Shown piece after piece: positions 23,687 to 36,041 of a stretch of DNA of 64,000 nt. The stretch lies in the NCBI GenBank assembly GCA_050575255.1, contig JBNZDD010013717.1, positions 2,818,529 to 2,882,528 of the forward strand, in the 5' to 3' direction. Source of the stretch: Harriotta raleighana. Lineage: Eukaryota. Position 1 is the first letter of the stretch; every line of letters begins with the position of its first letter. Below the pieces are notes generated by a model. It searched no databases. It was not told where the DNA came from and was given only the letters and a program-made list of their open reading frames with translations. The position numbers and the translations under genes were made by a program.

Positions 23687-25095
23687 AATCATAGAATCAT
23701 AGAAGGTTACGGCACAGAAGGAGGCCATTCGGTCCATTGAGTCTGTGCCGGCTCTTTGACAGAGCAATGTCACTTTTATTAACCCCAATCACCAGCTTTC
23801 TCCCCATAACCCGTCTTCCCCAGATACCTATCCAGTTCTCTCTTAAAAGCTTCTATCGAATCGGACCTCACTACCCTTTCAGGAAGATCATTCCAAATTC
23901 GAACAACTCTCTGAGTGAAAACAATTCTTCTAACCTCCCCTCTGCTTCTTTTGGTAGATATCTTAAGACTGTGACCTCGGGTCACAGACACACCTACAAG
24001 CGGAAACAGCTTTTCCCTATCTAGCCTGTCGAAACCTTTCATGATCTTGAAGACCTCTATCAGGTCCCGTGTAATCTTCTCTGCTCTAATGGGAAAAGTC
24101 CTAACTTCTCCAGCCTGTCCCTGTCCTCATAGCTAAGGTTCCCCATTCCTGGAATCATTCTTGTGAATCGCCTCTGCACCCTTTCCAGTGCCTTAATNNN
24201 NNNNNNNNNNNNNNNNNNNNNNNNNNNNNNNNNNNNNNNNNNNNNNNNNNNNNNNNNNNNNNNNNNNNNNNNNNNNNNNNNNNNNNNNNNNNNNNNNNNN
24301 NNNNNNNNNNNNNNNNNNNNNNNNNNNNNNNNNNNNNNNNNNNNNNNNNNNNNNNNNNNNNNNNNNNNNNNNNNNNNNNNNNNNNNNNNNNNNNNNNNNN
24401 NNNNNNNNNNNNNNNNNNNNNNNNNNNNNNNNNNNNNNNNNNNNNNNNNNNNNNNNNNNNNNNNNNNNNNNNNNNNNNNNNNNNNNNNNNNNNNNNNNNN
24501 NNNNNNNNNNNNNNNNNNNNNNNNNNNNNNNNNNNNNNNNNNNNNNNNNNNNNNNNNNNNNNNNNNNNNNNNNNNNNNNNNNNNNNNNNNNNNNNNNNNN
24601 NNNNNNNNNNNNNNNNNNNNNNNNNNNNNNNNNNNNNNNNNNNNNNNNNNNNNNNNNNNNNNNNNNNNNNNNNNNNNNNNNNNNNNNNNNNNNNNNNNNN
24701 NNNNNNNNNNNNNNNNNNNNNNNNNNNNNNNNNNNNNNNNNNNNNNNNNNNNNNNNGAGATTTATTCTGTCCCGGATTATGGTCTCCAGTAGTTTTCCAA
24801 TTACCAAAGTAAGGCTGACTGGCCTGTAATTTCAGGGTTTGTCTTTCTGCCCCTTTTTGTAGAGGAGGGTAACATTAGCCACTCTCCAGTCTCTTGGCAC
24901 ACCTCCTGTGTCCAATGAAGATTGCAATATAATGGCCAAAGCCTCCGCTATTTGAACCCGTATCTCCCACAGCAACCTTGGGTGAAACCCATCTGGTCCT
25001 GGTGACTTGTCAATTTTGAGCCCAGTCAATCTTTTCAGAACTTCCTCTCTGTCTATGGTAATCTTATCTATTTCCTCCACCCTCTCATTCAATAC
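23687..25095 (-). mobile_element. Relatively young 5'-truncated CR1 LINE spanning the assembly gap
   Basis: ORFs 24832..25092 (KIDKSPGPDGFHPRLL, DWRVANVT.LYKKG), 24193..24807 (VIGKLLETIIRD) and 23779..24042 (FTQRVVRIWNDLP); (ATAGAATC)n tail at 23687-23703. Confidence 0.95.
24198..24756. other. Assembly gap (559 N)
   Basis: Run of N in the sequence. Confidence 1.
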
Positions 25096-25584
25096 TGCGG
25101 CAAATAGCTATCAGTTTGCCATTGGAAACCAGCTTTACTGAAGTTGAAGGTATGTTCTGCTAGCATTGCCTCACATGGAAAACATGTTTGAATGGCAAAC
25201 TATTGTACCACTGGTTCTTCACATTGCAAATCGTGCCTTGGAATATAAACTCAATTTTCTGCAGTGATCTCTATGCTTCATGCCAATCTATGAGATCTAT
25301 GAGCTCCAAGATCTCGGGTCAGAGTGAATTTTTTTTTCTAAACTCAAAGCAAAGCCCATCCTAATGTTTTTCATCAATTAATGTTTTTATTCGCTGTGCT
25401 GGTTTACTCATGAACTTGAAGGATCAGATTTTGAAGAAGCAACTTCAACAATAACTACAACATATTATATTTGCGTAGCACCCTTTGAGGTGTTCGGTCA
25501 AAGAGGTAGGTTTTAAGGTGGGAAATGAAGATAGTTAAAATGATGTGATGCAGAGAGATTGAGATTTCTCAAGTCAACCCTTTC

Positions 25585-25816
25585 ACACTGAGTTGAGAAA
25601 AAACTTCTTCACTCAAAGTGAATTTGTGGAATTCTCTACCCCAAAAGGCTGTAGATGCTCAGTCGTTGAATATATTCAAGACTAAGATTGATAGGAATTA
25701 AGAGATATAAGGATAAGGCATGGAGGTAGAATAGATCAGCCATGATCTTATTGAATGGTGGAGCAGGCTTGAGGGGCCGAATGGCCTACTCCTGCTCCTA
25801 ATTCTTATGTTCTTAT
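25585..25816 (+). mobile_element. CR1 LINE 3' end
   Basis: ttcttcactcaaag..tgtggaattctctaccc (FFTQ..LWNSLP), tail ggggccgaatggcctactcctgctcctaattcttatgttcttat. Confidence 0.9.
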
Positions 25817-27471
25817 ATAATGGGACCATGTTCATTCATGAGAGACCTTATATCTAGTGCAATTTAAACTGTTCCTATGGGTACTCCAGGAGACAATTTC
25901 AATGGTAGATATTGTGGTACTGCTGGAGTTTAATCAGCTAAAACCATGAAGCTTACCATTGATATCGCTGGCAAAGCTTGCCATTGATATCACTGCTTGT
26001 CCAGCTAAAACCACCCTACTTGTTAGAGCTGTGGCCTGTAGGATTAACAGGAGCTGAGTGGGAAGAAACCTGTCCCTGTTGCCTGGTGTACCCTCCCAGT
26101 ATTTCCAAGGTGTAAGGCTGGCTGGACTGTCAACAACAGTGCCCTGGAATACTGCGCATCCTGTGGGAAATTGGCCACTGAGATCACCGCAGAAGATGGC
26201 TTGATTCTGACATTCTATTGTTAAGCATTTCATTTTGGAGTTAGTTCAGCTCAGATGCCAGAACCACAGTTCAGTGTCTATTTTACTGATAGTAAGTGGA
26301 GAGTGTGTGTATAGAAATACTGTGTTTATCACTAACAAGATATGAATAGAAGAAAAAAACATTATTATATAACAACGACCTGTTATCGCTAAACATTCTA
26401 CTGTATTAACATAAGTGACTGCCTTCAGGCCTGTTATATAATTATCTGGAACACTATTTTAGAGCTGTTGAATTTTTGACCAGAAATGATTTGAGGGGAG
26501 GTGTCTGATGTCTTCTGGAGGCAGCATTGAGTCCTTCTAATCAAAATTCAGCAAGCCACTTTGAGCATCTGTGAACAATTAACTGCAACTGAATGTAATT
26601 GTCTCTGTGTTTGCCTGTAAATAGCCGAGCCTGGATTACTGCGGACACTGAGACATAAGTCCTTTGGAGACCTGTGGAAAGTAATGCATCATGAATAGAT
26701 GCCTTTTATTTCCCCCGAATAATAATTTGGTCACTCAATCCATAACTATTTGTGGGACACTGCTGTGCGCAATTATTGGCTGCCACGTTTCACCCACAAA
26801 ATATACAGTCAATATAATACCACTTCAATCCTTCTGCACTGCCTTCACTGGGATTAGAGCATACAACAATAGCTAAAGATCATTTTTGTATGTCTTCAAT
26901 AGTAAGATTTGTGAAAATAGAAGCATAAGTAAAAGATTGTCAGTTTTAGCATTTGGTGTGCAGATGACTCTATTTTCTTATGTTCTGCACTTGTAAATCC
27001 ACGGAATCTAATGCACGGTTCTAGGAATAGGGGCATGGGGAAAAGGCAGGAGAATGGGAACAAGTGATAGCTTTATCAGACAGACAGCGCAGACCGAATG
27101 AGCAGAATAGTCTCATTCTGTGCTAAAGGTGCGGTGGTTCTAGTAAGTTAGTAAGTGAAGCACAGTAAAATGTGTCTGGTGCTCACAGATAAAATGTAAT
27201 ATTGCAATTGGCTGTGAAATGTACCGTGGCAGGAGATACTACCTTCTGGAAAAATGACAAAAGAAAGAGTGAAGGATTTAAAAAAAAAACTTTCCAGTGG
27301 AATCTCAATTATTCACAATTTGGCTTCATATTACTCAATTTCAATTTTCAATGTAGATCACTGGGGGCAAAATTAGACTATCCCTATTTTTCACTCTGCC
27401 CTACTCACAGCATTTTCTCACCTACAGAATGGCCAAAGTTGTAACCTCATGTTCTGTTTCTTTTTGCACAG

Positions 27472-27599
27472 GGGAAGAAAACCTGTTGGCAATACTAAAA
27501 AGAAGATGGTGGAAGTACATGATCTTGGGAATAATAGATATAGAAGCCAACTACCTTGTAATAAAGGCTTATCAGTACACAACACTGACTAGTGTACAG
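27472..27599 (+). CDS. SLC35F1: SLC35F1 internal coding exon (probably exon 3), 128 nt, phase 1 to 0
   Basis: Acceptor ttctgtttctttttgcacag, donor CAG|gtaaag. Translates (G)EENLLAILKRRWWKYMILGIIDIEANYLVIKAYQYTTLTSVQ, recognised as SLC35F1/F2 family. The GEENLLAIL start fits F1. Not in the ORF track. Confidence 0.95.
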
Positions 27600-29193
27600 G
27601 TAAAGTGATTTTCTCATTGAGTGAAATGGAATTGAATGAGCTGCTTTCTATGTGCATGGTTTTGTTTATACATCACAGAATTCTTAGTGAGAGAATGTTA
27701 ATTGCAGTACTGTTTCAGAAAATGTTCTGGGACTTTAGCTTTGCTTGTTTCTCTATAAAATAAATATGCAGACATCATATGAATTGAATCAGGATTGTAA
27801 AATGCACCAAACAGAAAGCGCCCACCAGCTTCCTACACAGTAAAAAGTAATTTTCAGTCTAACTGGTCATTTCGACAAATCAATAACTGTTAAGTACTAA
27901 ATCAATCTGTAACAATGCAAAAATTTTCCAAATGATTCAAACAATGTGATAATTGTATATTGAAGCTTTTTCTAACACATAAAGTCTATGAAGAGTACTA
28001 TGAAGACTTGAGTCACTGTAGATATCACAGTTGTAAGTGGTCACCTTGGACATTGAAGAATGAGTCACACCAATTGCTTGGTCCCATTTTAGATTTGTTC
28101 ACCTATCTTCTTTAGAAGAGAAATCTCTTCTGCAAAATATGAACTGCTTTTAAATGATCAATCGATTGGACTTCAAGCTGTGATAATGATTTTAAAAGAT
28201 TCTCATTTTCTTTTTTAGTCAATCTCCCCATATGTTTTCATATTGATCGCTACCTCTCCATTTACAATTATTTAATTGTTACCACAAATGATTAAACTTT
28301 AAGCCTTTGTAGGGGATAAATATACACCAGACTACCCCTTATTAAGAATAAAAGCTGGACATTTCTTATTTTAAACACTAAGGAAATACATATTTTTAAA
28401 ATCAAGACTGAATTTAAGATTAGTTAAAAATTCTGTGTAATTTTACGTTTTAAGACAATAGTCTGTGACTAACGGCATGAAAATTTTCTGAGATTCTCTT
28501 CCTCGTAGTGATTGAATTATTTTTAGATAATTAGAGGTAAACCAAAATCAAATCTATTAATTAGTTCCTTTAAGAAGCCAGTCTATAATAGCTCTGGAGA
28601 AAATGACTGTGACAATTGAATTCCTGTTATTTTACATGTCTATTGAAAAATATGCGTGCTGAGAGCTCTCTATATGTCAGCCAGTTTTACTAATTATTTG
28701 TTTGTTGGTATTCCAAACTCTTACTGCATAGATAGGTGAGACAGAGGATCACACCCCAGATGGCAAGTTTGTTATCTTAGCCAAGATGCAGACTCCTTTT
28801 TTTTCCTCTCCCTCGCTTCTTTCCTCTCCCGAAGGTTCCTTTTTCCTGTGCTGTGTTGAGATTACTTTTGCATGTTACTTCATCAAAAATTCAGATGTTA
28901 CTGCTCATCTCCACAAGGAGGATACTGTGGCAATGGAGAGAGTGCAATATATATTTACCTGGATGTTACCTGGCATGAGAGATGCAACTATCCCAAAAGA
29001 CTGGATAACAAGGCACCATAAATACTTATTGCAACTAATAATTTTGGACCCAGAAAGCCTTTCAACCCAAAAGATCCCAGTGCACCTGATCTCATCCTTC
29101 CAGAATACCCGATCTGCCATCCTCGCAACATACCATCAAGCTACTTTTTTATAAAAAAGTCCTACACCTTCACTTCAACCAGTCTTCCTAGTA

Positions 29194-30175
29194 CAGTAAA
29201 ACCTTGTTTATTCGGCACCCACGGGTCTGGCCAGTGGCAGTTAAATGGTTTTTCCAGTTGAACAAATTTATTTTAAAAAATTAATTAAATATATATATTT
29301 TTTAAAAATTGAAAATTATTTTAACACATATTANGGCACCCACGGGTCTGGCCAGTGGCAGTTAAATGGTTTTTCCAGTTGAACGAATTTATTTTAAAAA
29401 ATTAATTAAATATAATTTTTTTTTAATTGCAAATTATTTTAACACATATATTAATAATGGAATAAATAATAACAGAATATTCTATTAGTGCATTATCATT
29501 TATACTTAACTTTGCAATTGCAGCACTGATTCAACGGGAGGTAAAAAACGCAACTTCTAAAACCAACGAGTTTAGACCTAACGGCCAGCACACACACATA
29601 GACAAACACACACACAGACAGGCAAACTCACATAGACACACAGACAGACACACACACAGACAGACACGGACCCTCAAAGATATTCAGTCTGAATCCATCA
29701 TATAAATTCTGTTGTCCCCCCTCCACCCATCCCTTTCCTCTCTCTCTCTCTCTCTGCAGCAACCTGCCTGCCATTTCTCTCTCTCTCTCACTCCATTATG
29801 CTTTCCCCTATCTCTCTCTCCCCCTTTCCCCATATCTCATTCCCCCCATCTCTCTTTCTCCCATTCCCCCACTCCTCTCTCTCTGTTTCCTCCCCTCCCT
29901 TTTCCCTCTCCCTCCCTTCCTCCCTCTCTCTTTGGCCGCTACCTGCAGCAGCATTTATTATGTATACAGTACTTAACTTCCCAATGACAGGCACTCATCC
30001 ATCCGAATGAGGTAAAATAAAAACCGCGACTTTTAAAATGACCCGGAATGAGTTTAGACCCGACATTCAACGCATCGCCGGATAACTTCCGGTTAGTCGG
30101 ATCAGGACTTTTTTTGAGAAGGCGGTTGAACGGGTTTTCTGATTATTCGAGTCACGGATAAACAAGGTTTTACTG
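29194..30175. mobile_element. Non-autonomous pogo/Tigger-like (Tc1-mariner superfamily) MITE
   Basis: 18-bp perfect TIR cagtaaaaccttgtttat / ataaacaaggttttactg with TA on both sides (29192-93, 30176-77). No transposase ORF; the interior holds (CA)n and CT-rich repeats. Confidence 0.9.
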
Positions 30176-30690
30176 TAGATGCGTTTCAGTTATTAATTAC
30201 TCTCTAGGTAAAGAAATACATTGGAAGCCACTTAAGGTGGAACCCGTTTAACCTCAGTTACTGGGTAAATCAAGCAAGATGCCTTTTAATGATTCCGCTC
30301 TAGAAAAGAAGATTGTTCCTTTCTTATGTGTCATGGGATATTCCTGAAAGAATGGGGTTGAAGGTTACTTGAGCAAGGATAGCATTCAGAATTAAAGATG
30401 GCATCTGAGAGATAGCTCTAAACAGGATGCTTGGAAACCAACCTTATTATGATGTATCCTTGCTCCAACAACAACTTGCATTTATATAGCGCCCCTCACA
30501 CAGAGCAGCAACCCAAAACCGCTTGACATTGGTGGACCACAACGCCTTTGAAGAGTAACAGTTTCATTATCATCTAGTTTGTTTGAAGTAAATTGAACTG
30601 TTAACCTAATTGTACAGCTACAGAAAAGATTTGTGAGGAGGAATTATGGTGGATGGATTCTTGGAGCAAACACTGACCTGAAAAATGTGA

Positions 30691-31508
30691 CTGTAAAAGC
30701 CTGTTTATCCGGCACCCTCAAGATCTGGCCAATGCCGGTTAAAAGGCATGCCGGATATTCGGAAGAATATTGTCAATTGTCACGCTTATCAATAAAGCAA
30801 TAAATATTGATTACAGTCTACAAACACAGCACGCAATCACAAAGCAAACTTCTACAAAGACATTTTTTTTTCTTTCTTTCCCTCCTTCCCCCTCTCTCTT
30901 TCGCACACAGACTCAGTCAGTCTGGCATCTCAATGGCTCCAAACCCAAACCCCCTCTACTCCTTTTGTTTTTCCATCTAAATTGATAACTCACCCCCTCT
31001 CTCTCTCTTCCCTCCTCTCCCGCACCTCTCTCTCCTCCTCCCATTCCTCTCTCTTCTGCCCCCCCCTCTCTCCCTGCTTCTCTCTCCTTCTCCCACCCCA
31101 CCCCCCACCAAAACAGTGCATAAACCTACGATACAATCAAGCTACACAGGCAATACATAGTGTCCCATCAGAGAGAGAGAGGGAAAGAAAGAAAGGGGAA
31201 GAGATAGAAACAGAGGGAGAGATAGAGAGGAAGGAGAGGGAGAGAGAGAAAGAAAAAGAGGGAGAGAGAAAAAAAGAAGAGGGAGAGGAAAAATCAACAG
31301 CGCCGTATTAAGAGGAAAAACCAGGGATGCCACTACAGGCAGCATTCAGAACTAATCGTGCTGTACTCTCTTGCAACAATCGACTCATTAAATGCGCCGC
31401 CGCGATTGTGCCGGATAAGATCCAGTTATTCGAATTGGGACCCTTTTTTTAGGTGCTGGTTATATAGAAGTTCCCGTTGATCGAGTCACATATAAACGGC
31501 TTTTACTG
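30691..31508. mobile_element. Second, more diverged MITE of the same group
   Basis: Left end ctgtaaaagcctgtttatccggcaccc; right end gagtcacatataaacggcttttactg+TA. Subterminal similarity to 29194-30175. Confidence 0.8.
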
Positions 31509-31724
31509 TACTATGTTGTACATTCCTATAGTTCTATGGAGTAAGATGAGTTATATAGCTTTCTATGAGGATTATCTACTTATTTGTTTTACTTAGCATT
31601 TTCACTTGACTATTTAATTGATTTCCCAATCCACACTGCAATAATGTTTTTGTGGGGGAACATTCAGCCAACTTTCATCAGCTTTTTGAGTTTCTATCTG
31701 ATGTCAGGTTGTTACATTGAAATA

Positions 31725-32010
31725 ATAATAGTACTTGCATTTGATACTGCACTTTTCACGTCTTCTAGACATCTCATAAAGTGCTTTACAGAATACTGCA
31801 TACTGTAAAGTCAATTGATTACATTTGCAGGCAAAATGCAGCATTCAAATGCGCCCAGTAATGTCCCACAAATAGTCATGGATTGAAGTGACCAATTTAT
31901 TTTAGTTTATTTTCTTGAAGGATTATTATCAGGCATGTGGAGTAACAAAACTTGCTCAAGATTTCACCCTACTGGGAATTGAACCCAGGTCAATCGCTTG
32001 CAAGGCTCCA
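31725..32010 (-). mobile_element. tRNA-derived SINE
   Basis: (AAT)n-cttgcatttgata tail, tcccacaaatagtcatggattgaa core, gggaattgaacccagg (reverse B box). Confidence 0.85.
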
Positions 32011-33309
32011 CAAAATGAAAACAATTCTCACCTTCTTCCTGTCAACATATCGTGTTTATATTGCGGAATAACTTAAATTACAACAACAACAACTCTCATT
32101 TATTTAGCTCCCTTCAAGCGGGGTAGCATCCTGGAGTATTTGTGCACTTATTTCAAAGTCAGAATTGTAACTTCGATTTCTGGATAGTGGACTGTCACTG
32201 ATTGCTGGGCGCAGTTCTGGCAAAGATCAACAGCTTTAACAAATAGACGGAAAACTCAAGCTTCAGAGAGGTCAAAAATCACTTTGCCCCATATAGTGAT
32301 TTGGCTAGGGTGGTCCTAGCTGAACATCCAAGGAGCTTCCCAGAAAGTGCTTTCACTGGCACATTATGCAGTTTTATCTTATTTCACACCAGAAGCACCC
32401 CCAAAACATTCTCTAGAGTTTTCTCATTGCAGCTGCCATTGCTGAATATGCAATGTGTAACACTGACCAGAATTTCAGCTCATGAGTTTTGACCTGGGTA
32501 CATCTGAAGTAACTACGTGACTACGGCAACATTTTAAATGCTAAATTCAGAACTCCAGCTGCTCAACAAGTTACATCATCAAATCCAAGGATTATCAAGT
32601 GGTGCGGAAATTCAGTTACTCCACTCTATTACTAGTGTTCTTTGTCCTTTTATATATTGTTTTATTTCACTACAGTACTTTGATCAATTCTGAGCATCTT
32701 AGCACCTTAACACTTTAAAAAATGATGTCCAACAGATAAAGGAGCTGACTAGTCTCTTTTTTCATCTTTCAATGGTGAATCAATTTGTTATCACCGGACA
32801 TTAGAAACTCTCTGGGAGAAATACTTATTTTAAAATCACTTCATATTAATTATAAATTAATAAAACTGTTCAATGTTCATCCAGCACTTCCGATTCAAAA
32901 ACTGAATGCTAGTTTAAGCTTAATTCATTTTAACAATCTAAAATAACGTTTACTGTTGAACTCAATGCTCGAGTCACCTTTCTTTTTGTCCTTCAACTGC
33001 AACCCACTGCAAATTAGATTAGCGTTCCTCTCGAATCAAGGCATGAGTTGATGAGGTCTAATTGAGCCATGGTAAAAGGTGAATCCAGTTGTCCTGTGTT
33101 GTTTACACAGTTGGTCCAAATGCTTCGTATTGACCTTTCCCTACTGTGCTCCTTGGAGCAGCCGTTGTTCATCAATCGCTTTGTTTTTATTTGTCAGCAT
33201 GACTCCAATCCAGCCTGTTCATATATTGTATATTTTGAACACAACACTGTTTGCCTAACATTACATTCCAGATAATGTAACGCTGAACCCATTGGCCTTA
33301 CTCCACACG

Positions 33310-33497
33310 CCGAATAATAATCCGTCCAAAAAAACAATCCACGACTGTTTGTGGGACACTGCTGGGCACAATTGGCTGCTGCGTTTCACCCACAAATATA
33401 CAGTCAATTCACTTTACAGTATCTTATGTGAAGCACTTTGAGACATCAATAAGATGTGAAAAGCGCTATATCAAGTGCAAGGATTATTATTATTATT
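33310..33497 (+). mobile_element. SINE 3' half
   Basis: gactgtttgtgggacactgctg ... aattggctgctgcgtttcacccacaaatatacagtc ... gcgctatatcaagtgcaaggattattattatt. Confidence 0.88.
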
Positions 33498-34998
33498 TCA
33501 TACTTCATAGTATTTGCCCAGTTATTTATAACTGGTACTAACCACTGACCTTGCTAGAGGTTTTTTAACCTTGAGGTTCTACAGATATGTTTGTGTCTCT
33601 GGCCTGACGATCGATGTGTTCATTTACTTTTTGCAGCCATTTACAACATTATATAGGGGCGTCATGATGAAGAGTGAACTGATTGTCACTGATGCACAGA
33701 TGTGCAGCCATATTAGGTATTCTATATTTACCATTGCACCAGTCACACGAAATTGCCTATAAAGCAGTTTTACAAGCAGTGAAAATGTTTACAATCTCCC
33801 TATTTTTTTTCCAACATTGCTTCCACCTTTAAAAAACAGAACAGACATAGAAGAAAGCATCAGCATTATAAATGCGGCTCAAAAAATGGTCAATTTCTGC
33901 TTTGTCATGTCGCCTCTTAAAACTCTTCCTGCGCTAAAAACCTACCTGGAGCAAGTGTAGGTGATGTTATTTCCTGCATTGTCTGCTATGCACAAAAAGC
34001 CACACTCATGTCACATCTTCCGCTGATGTCAATTCATTCAGAGTATTTAATTGCAGAAGCAGTGACCTGACGTCGTTGAAGCAGGTCATTTTCCTGATGC
34101 TGGAAGCTGGTTAGTCAGCACTGGAAACCAGGTGTATGGTGATTCAGATCAGTGTGGGATAACTGCGAGGCAGCACTGACCTGGGCTGGGGGAGGAGGAA
34201 GAGATCTACAATGTGGTTGCTTGTAATTTTCTGCTGCGTTTTTNCGGAAACCAGGTGTATGGTGATTCAGATCAGTGTGGGATAACTGCGAGGCAGCACT
34301 GACCTGGGCTGGGGGAGGAGGAAGAGATCTACAATGTGGTTGCTTGTAATTTTCTGCTGCGTTTGGTTTTAAAAAAAAGTCACCACTATCTTGCCAAATC
34401 TTTGATTGTCCAGGGCCTTGGGACATCCTATAAAATGTTATTTGTTGTTGTTATTGCCTGCCACCACAACAAGACAAGATCCCTTTTTCAAACCTGGAGA
34501 TTTGAATTGAGCGCTACTTAGATCATTATTTGGTGGGGGGACAAGTTTGCAAGGCTCTGTGGAGAGCGTGGGGGAGTGGCATTGACTTGGACAGCTCTTT
34601 TCAAAGAGCCGGCAACAACATGATGGGTCGAATGGCTTCCTTTTGTGCTGGATGATTCTATGATTTACAGGATGCTGCCTGCATCTATTGTTTAGCTACA
34701 CTCAGAGGACAATCTATGCAGTTGGGACAGCGAAATAACAGAAATCATTGAGTATGACCCTGATGGGCTGTGTGGGGAGTGGGAGGGGGTGGAATCATCT
34801 CCAGTAATATGAATGAGGGATTCTCCCCAGATCCACTGCCCCATTCATGATGTCCCAGGTCATGTTATCATGGTAGTAGGTCCACACCTAGTGTTCGATC
34901 CCAGACTTCCTCCACCCATTGGCTGTAAATCAAGGCGACTGAGAAACTCTGAAAAATAGCTTCCCTTTCACCTTCTTTATTATTTAAACTAACCTGAC

Positions 34999-36041
34999 CA
35001 GACTTGGGTCCATATGCATTCAAATGTATCCTAATGAAAATGTTCTATAATATTGCAATGCCAAACCACCCTTCATAGCCTTTAAATGCAAATTTAATGT
35101 GTTGTCTGCAAATACAAATGAATGTANGACCAGACTTGGGTCCATATGCATTCAAATGTATCCTAATGAAAATGTTCCATAATATTGCAATGCCAAAACC
35201 ACCCTTCATAGCCTTTAAATGCAAATTTAATGCGTTGTCTGCAAATACAAATGAATGTACAACAACAACAACAAAATTACACTTATAGAGCGCGTTTCAC
35301 GTCAGGAGGACGTCCCAAGGTGCTGGACAGATTGGTTCAGGACCCAAGCAAGGGAAAATGTTCAGGGCGATGGGGGGGAAGGGTGGGAGCAAGGAGGGGG
35401 TAGAGACTCGAGAGGGGAGTTGAAGGCACGGTCGAAGAGAAAGGTCTTGAGACCGGCCTTGAAAGAGGAAAGGGAGGAAGCGAGGCGAAGGCACTGGGGG
35501 ATGGAGTTCCAGAGCCTGGGGGCTGAGCGGCTGAAAGCCCGGCCGCCGATGGTAGGACGGTTAGGGCAGGGGATGTGGAGCAGACCAGAGCCAGAGGAAC
35601 GGAGGGTACGGGCAGGTAGATAGGGGGATGGTACAAATGTACTGAATGTGCCATTTTCTATTTGGGGAGAAAAAAAATACAACAGGCAGTCTGAAAGCAT
35701 TGTGACTTGNACCAGAGCCTGAGGAACGGAGGGTACGGGCAGGTAGATAGGGGGATAGTACAAATGTACTGAATGTGCCATTTTCTATTCGGGGAGAAAA
35801 AAAATACAACAGGCAGTCTGAAAGCATTGTGACTTGTATGAGTGTATCTGGGTTGTGGCTAAACACAATCTATCACCTGAAGTATCAGATATTCATTGAA
35901 GCATTTGAAAATATGACAAATGCGTTTGGTCAACTGCAAATGTTTCGTTCAGACGTTTAGATACAAATGCAAATGTAATAACTTTTAATAACAAACATTT
36001 GAATTTAAATGCAGATGCATTTGCATTTGGTCTCAAGTCTG
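34999..36041. mobile_element. Non-autonomous TIR DNA element rich in CAAATG/CATTTG subterminal repeats, interrupted by an L2 fragment
   Basis: Left end cagacttgggtccatatgca; right end reverse-complements to cagacttgagaccaaatgca. TGAC lies directly on both flanks. Confidence 0.72.
35259..35625 (-). mobile_element. Young L2 LINE 3' fragment
   Basis: ORF 35362..35781 contains RTLRSSGSGLLHIP..RPTIGGRAFSRSAPRLWNSIP..FKAGLKTFLF. CpGs retained; (CAA)n tail. Confidence 0.93.

Noticed and set aside
24163-24807. Two ~205-aa ORFs
   Set aside because: Artefacts of the N run. The gap also looks shorter than the CR1 RT segment it should hold, which may simply be gap-size error.
29712-31345. Low-complexity S/P/L and E/R/K-rich ORFs
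   Set aside because: Translations of CT and GA microsatellites inside MITEs.
34115-34426. ORF with an exact internal peptide repeat
   Set aside because: The repeat is the duplicated flank of N 34244 (assembly overlap).
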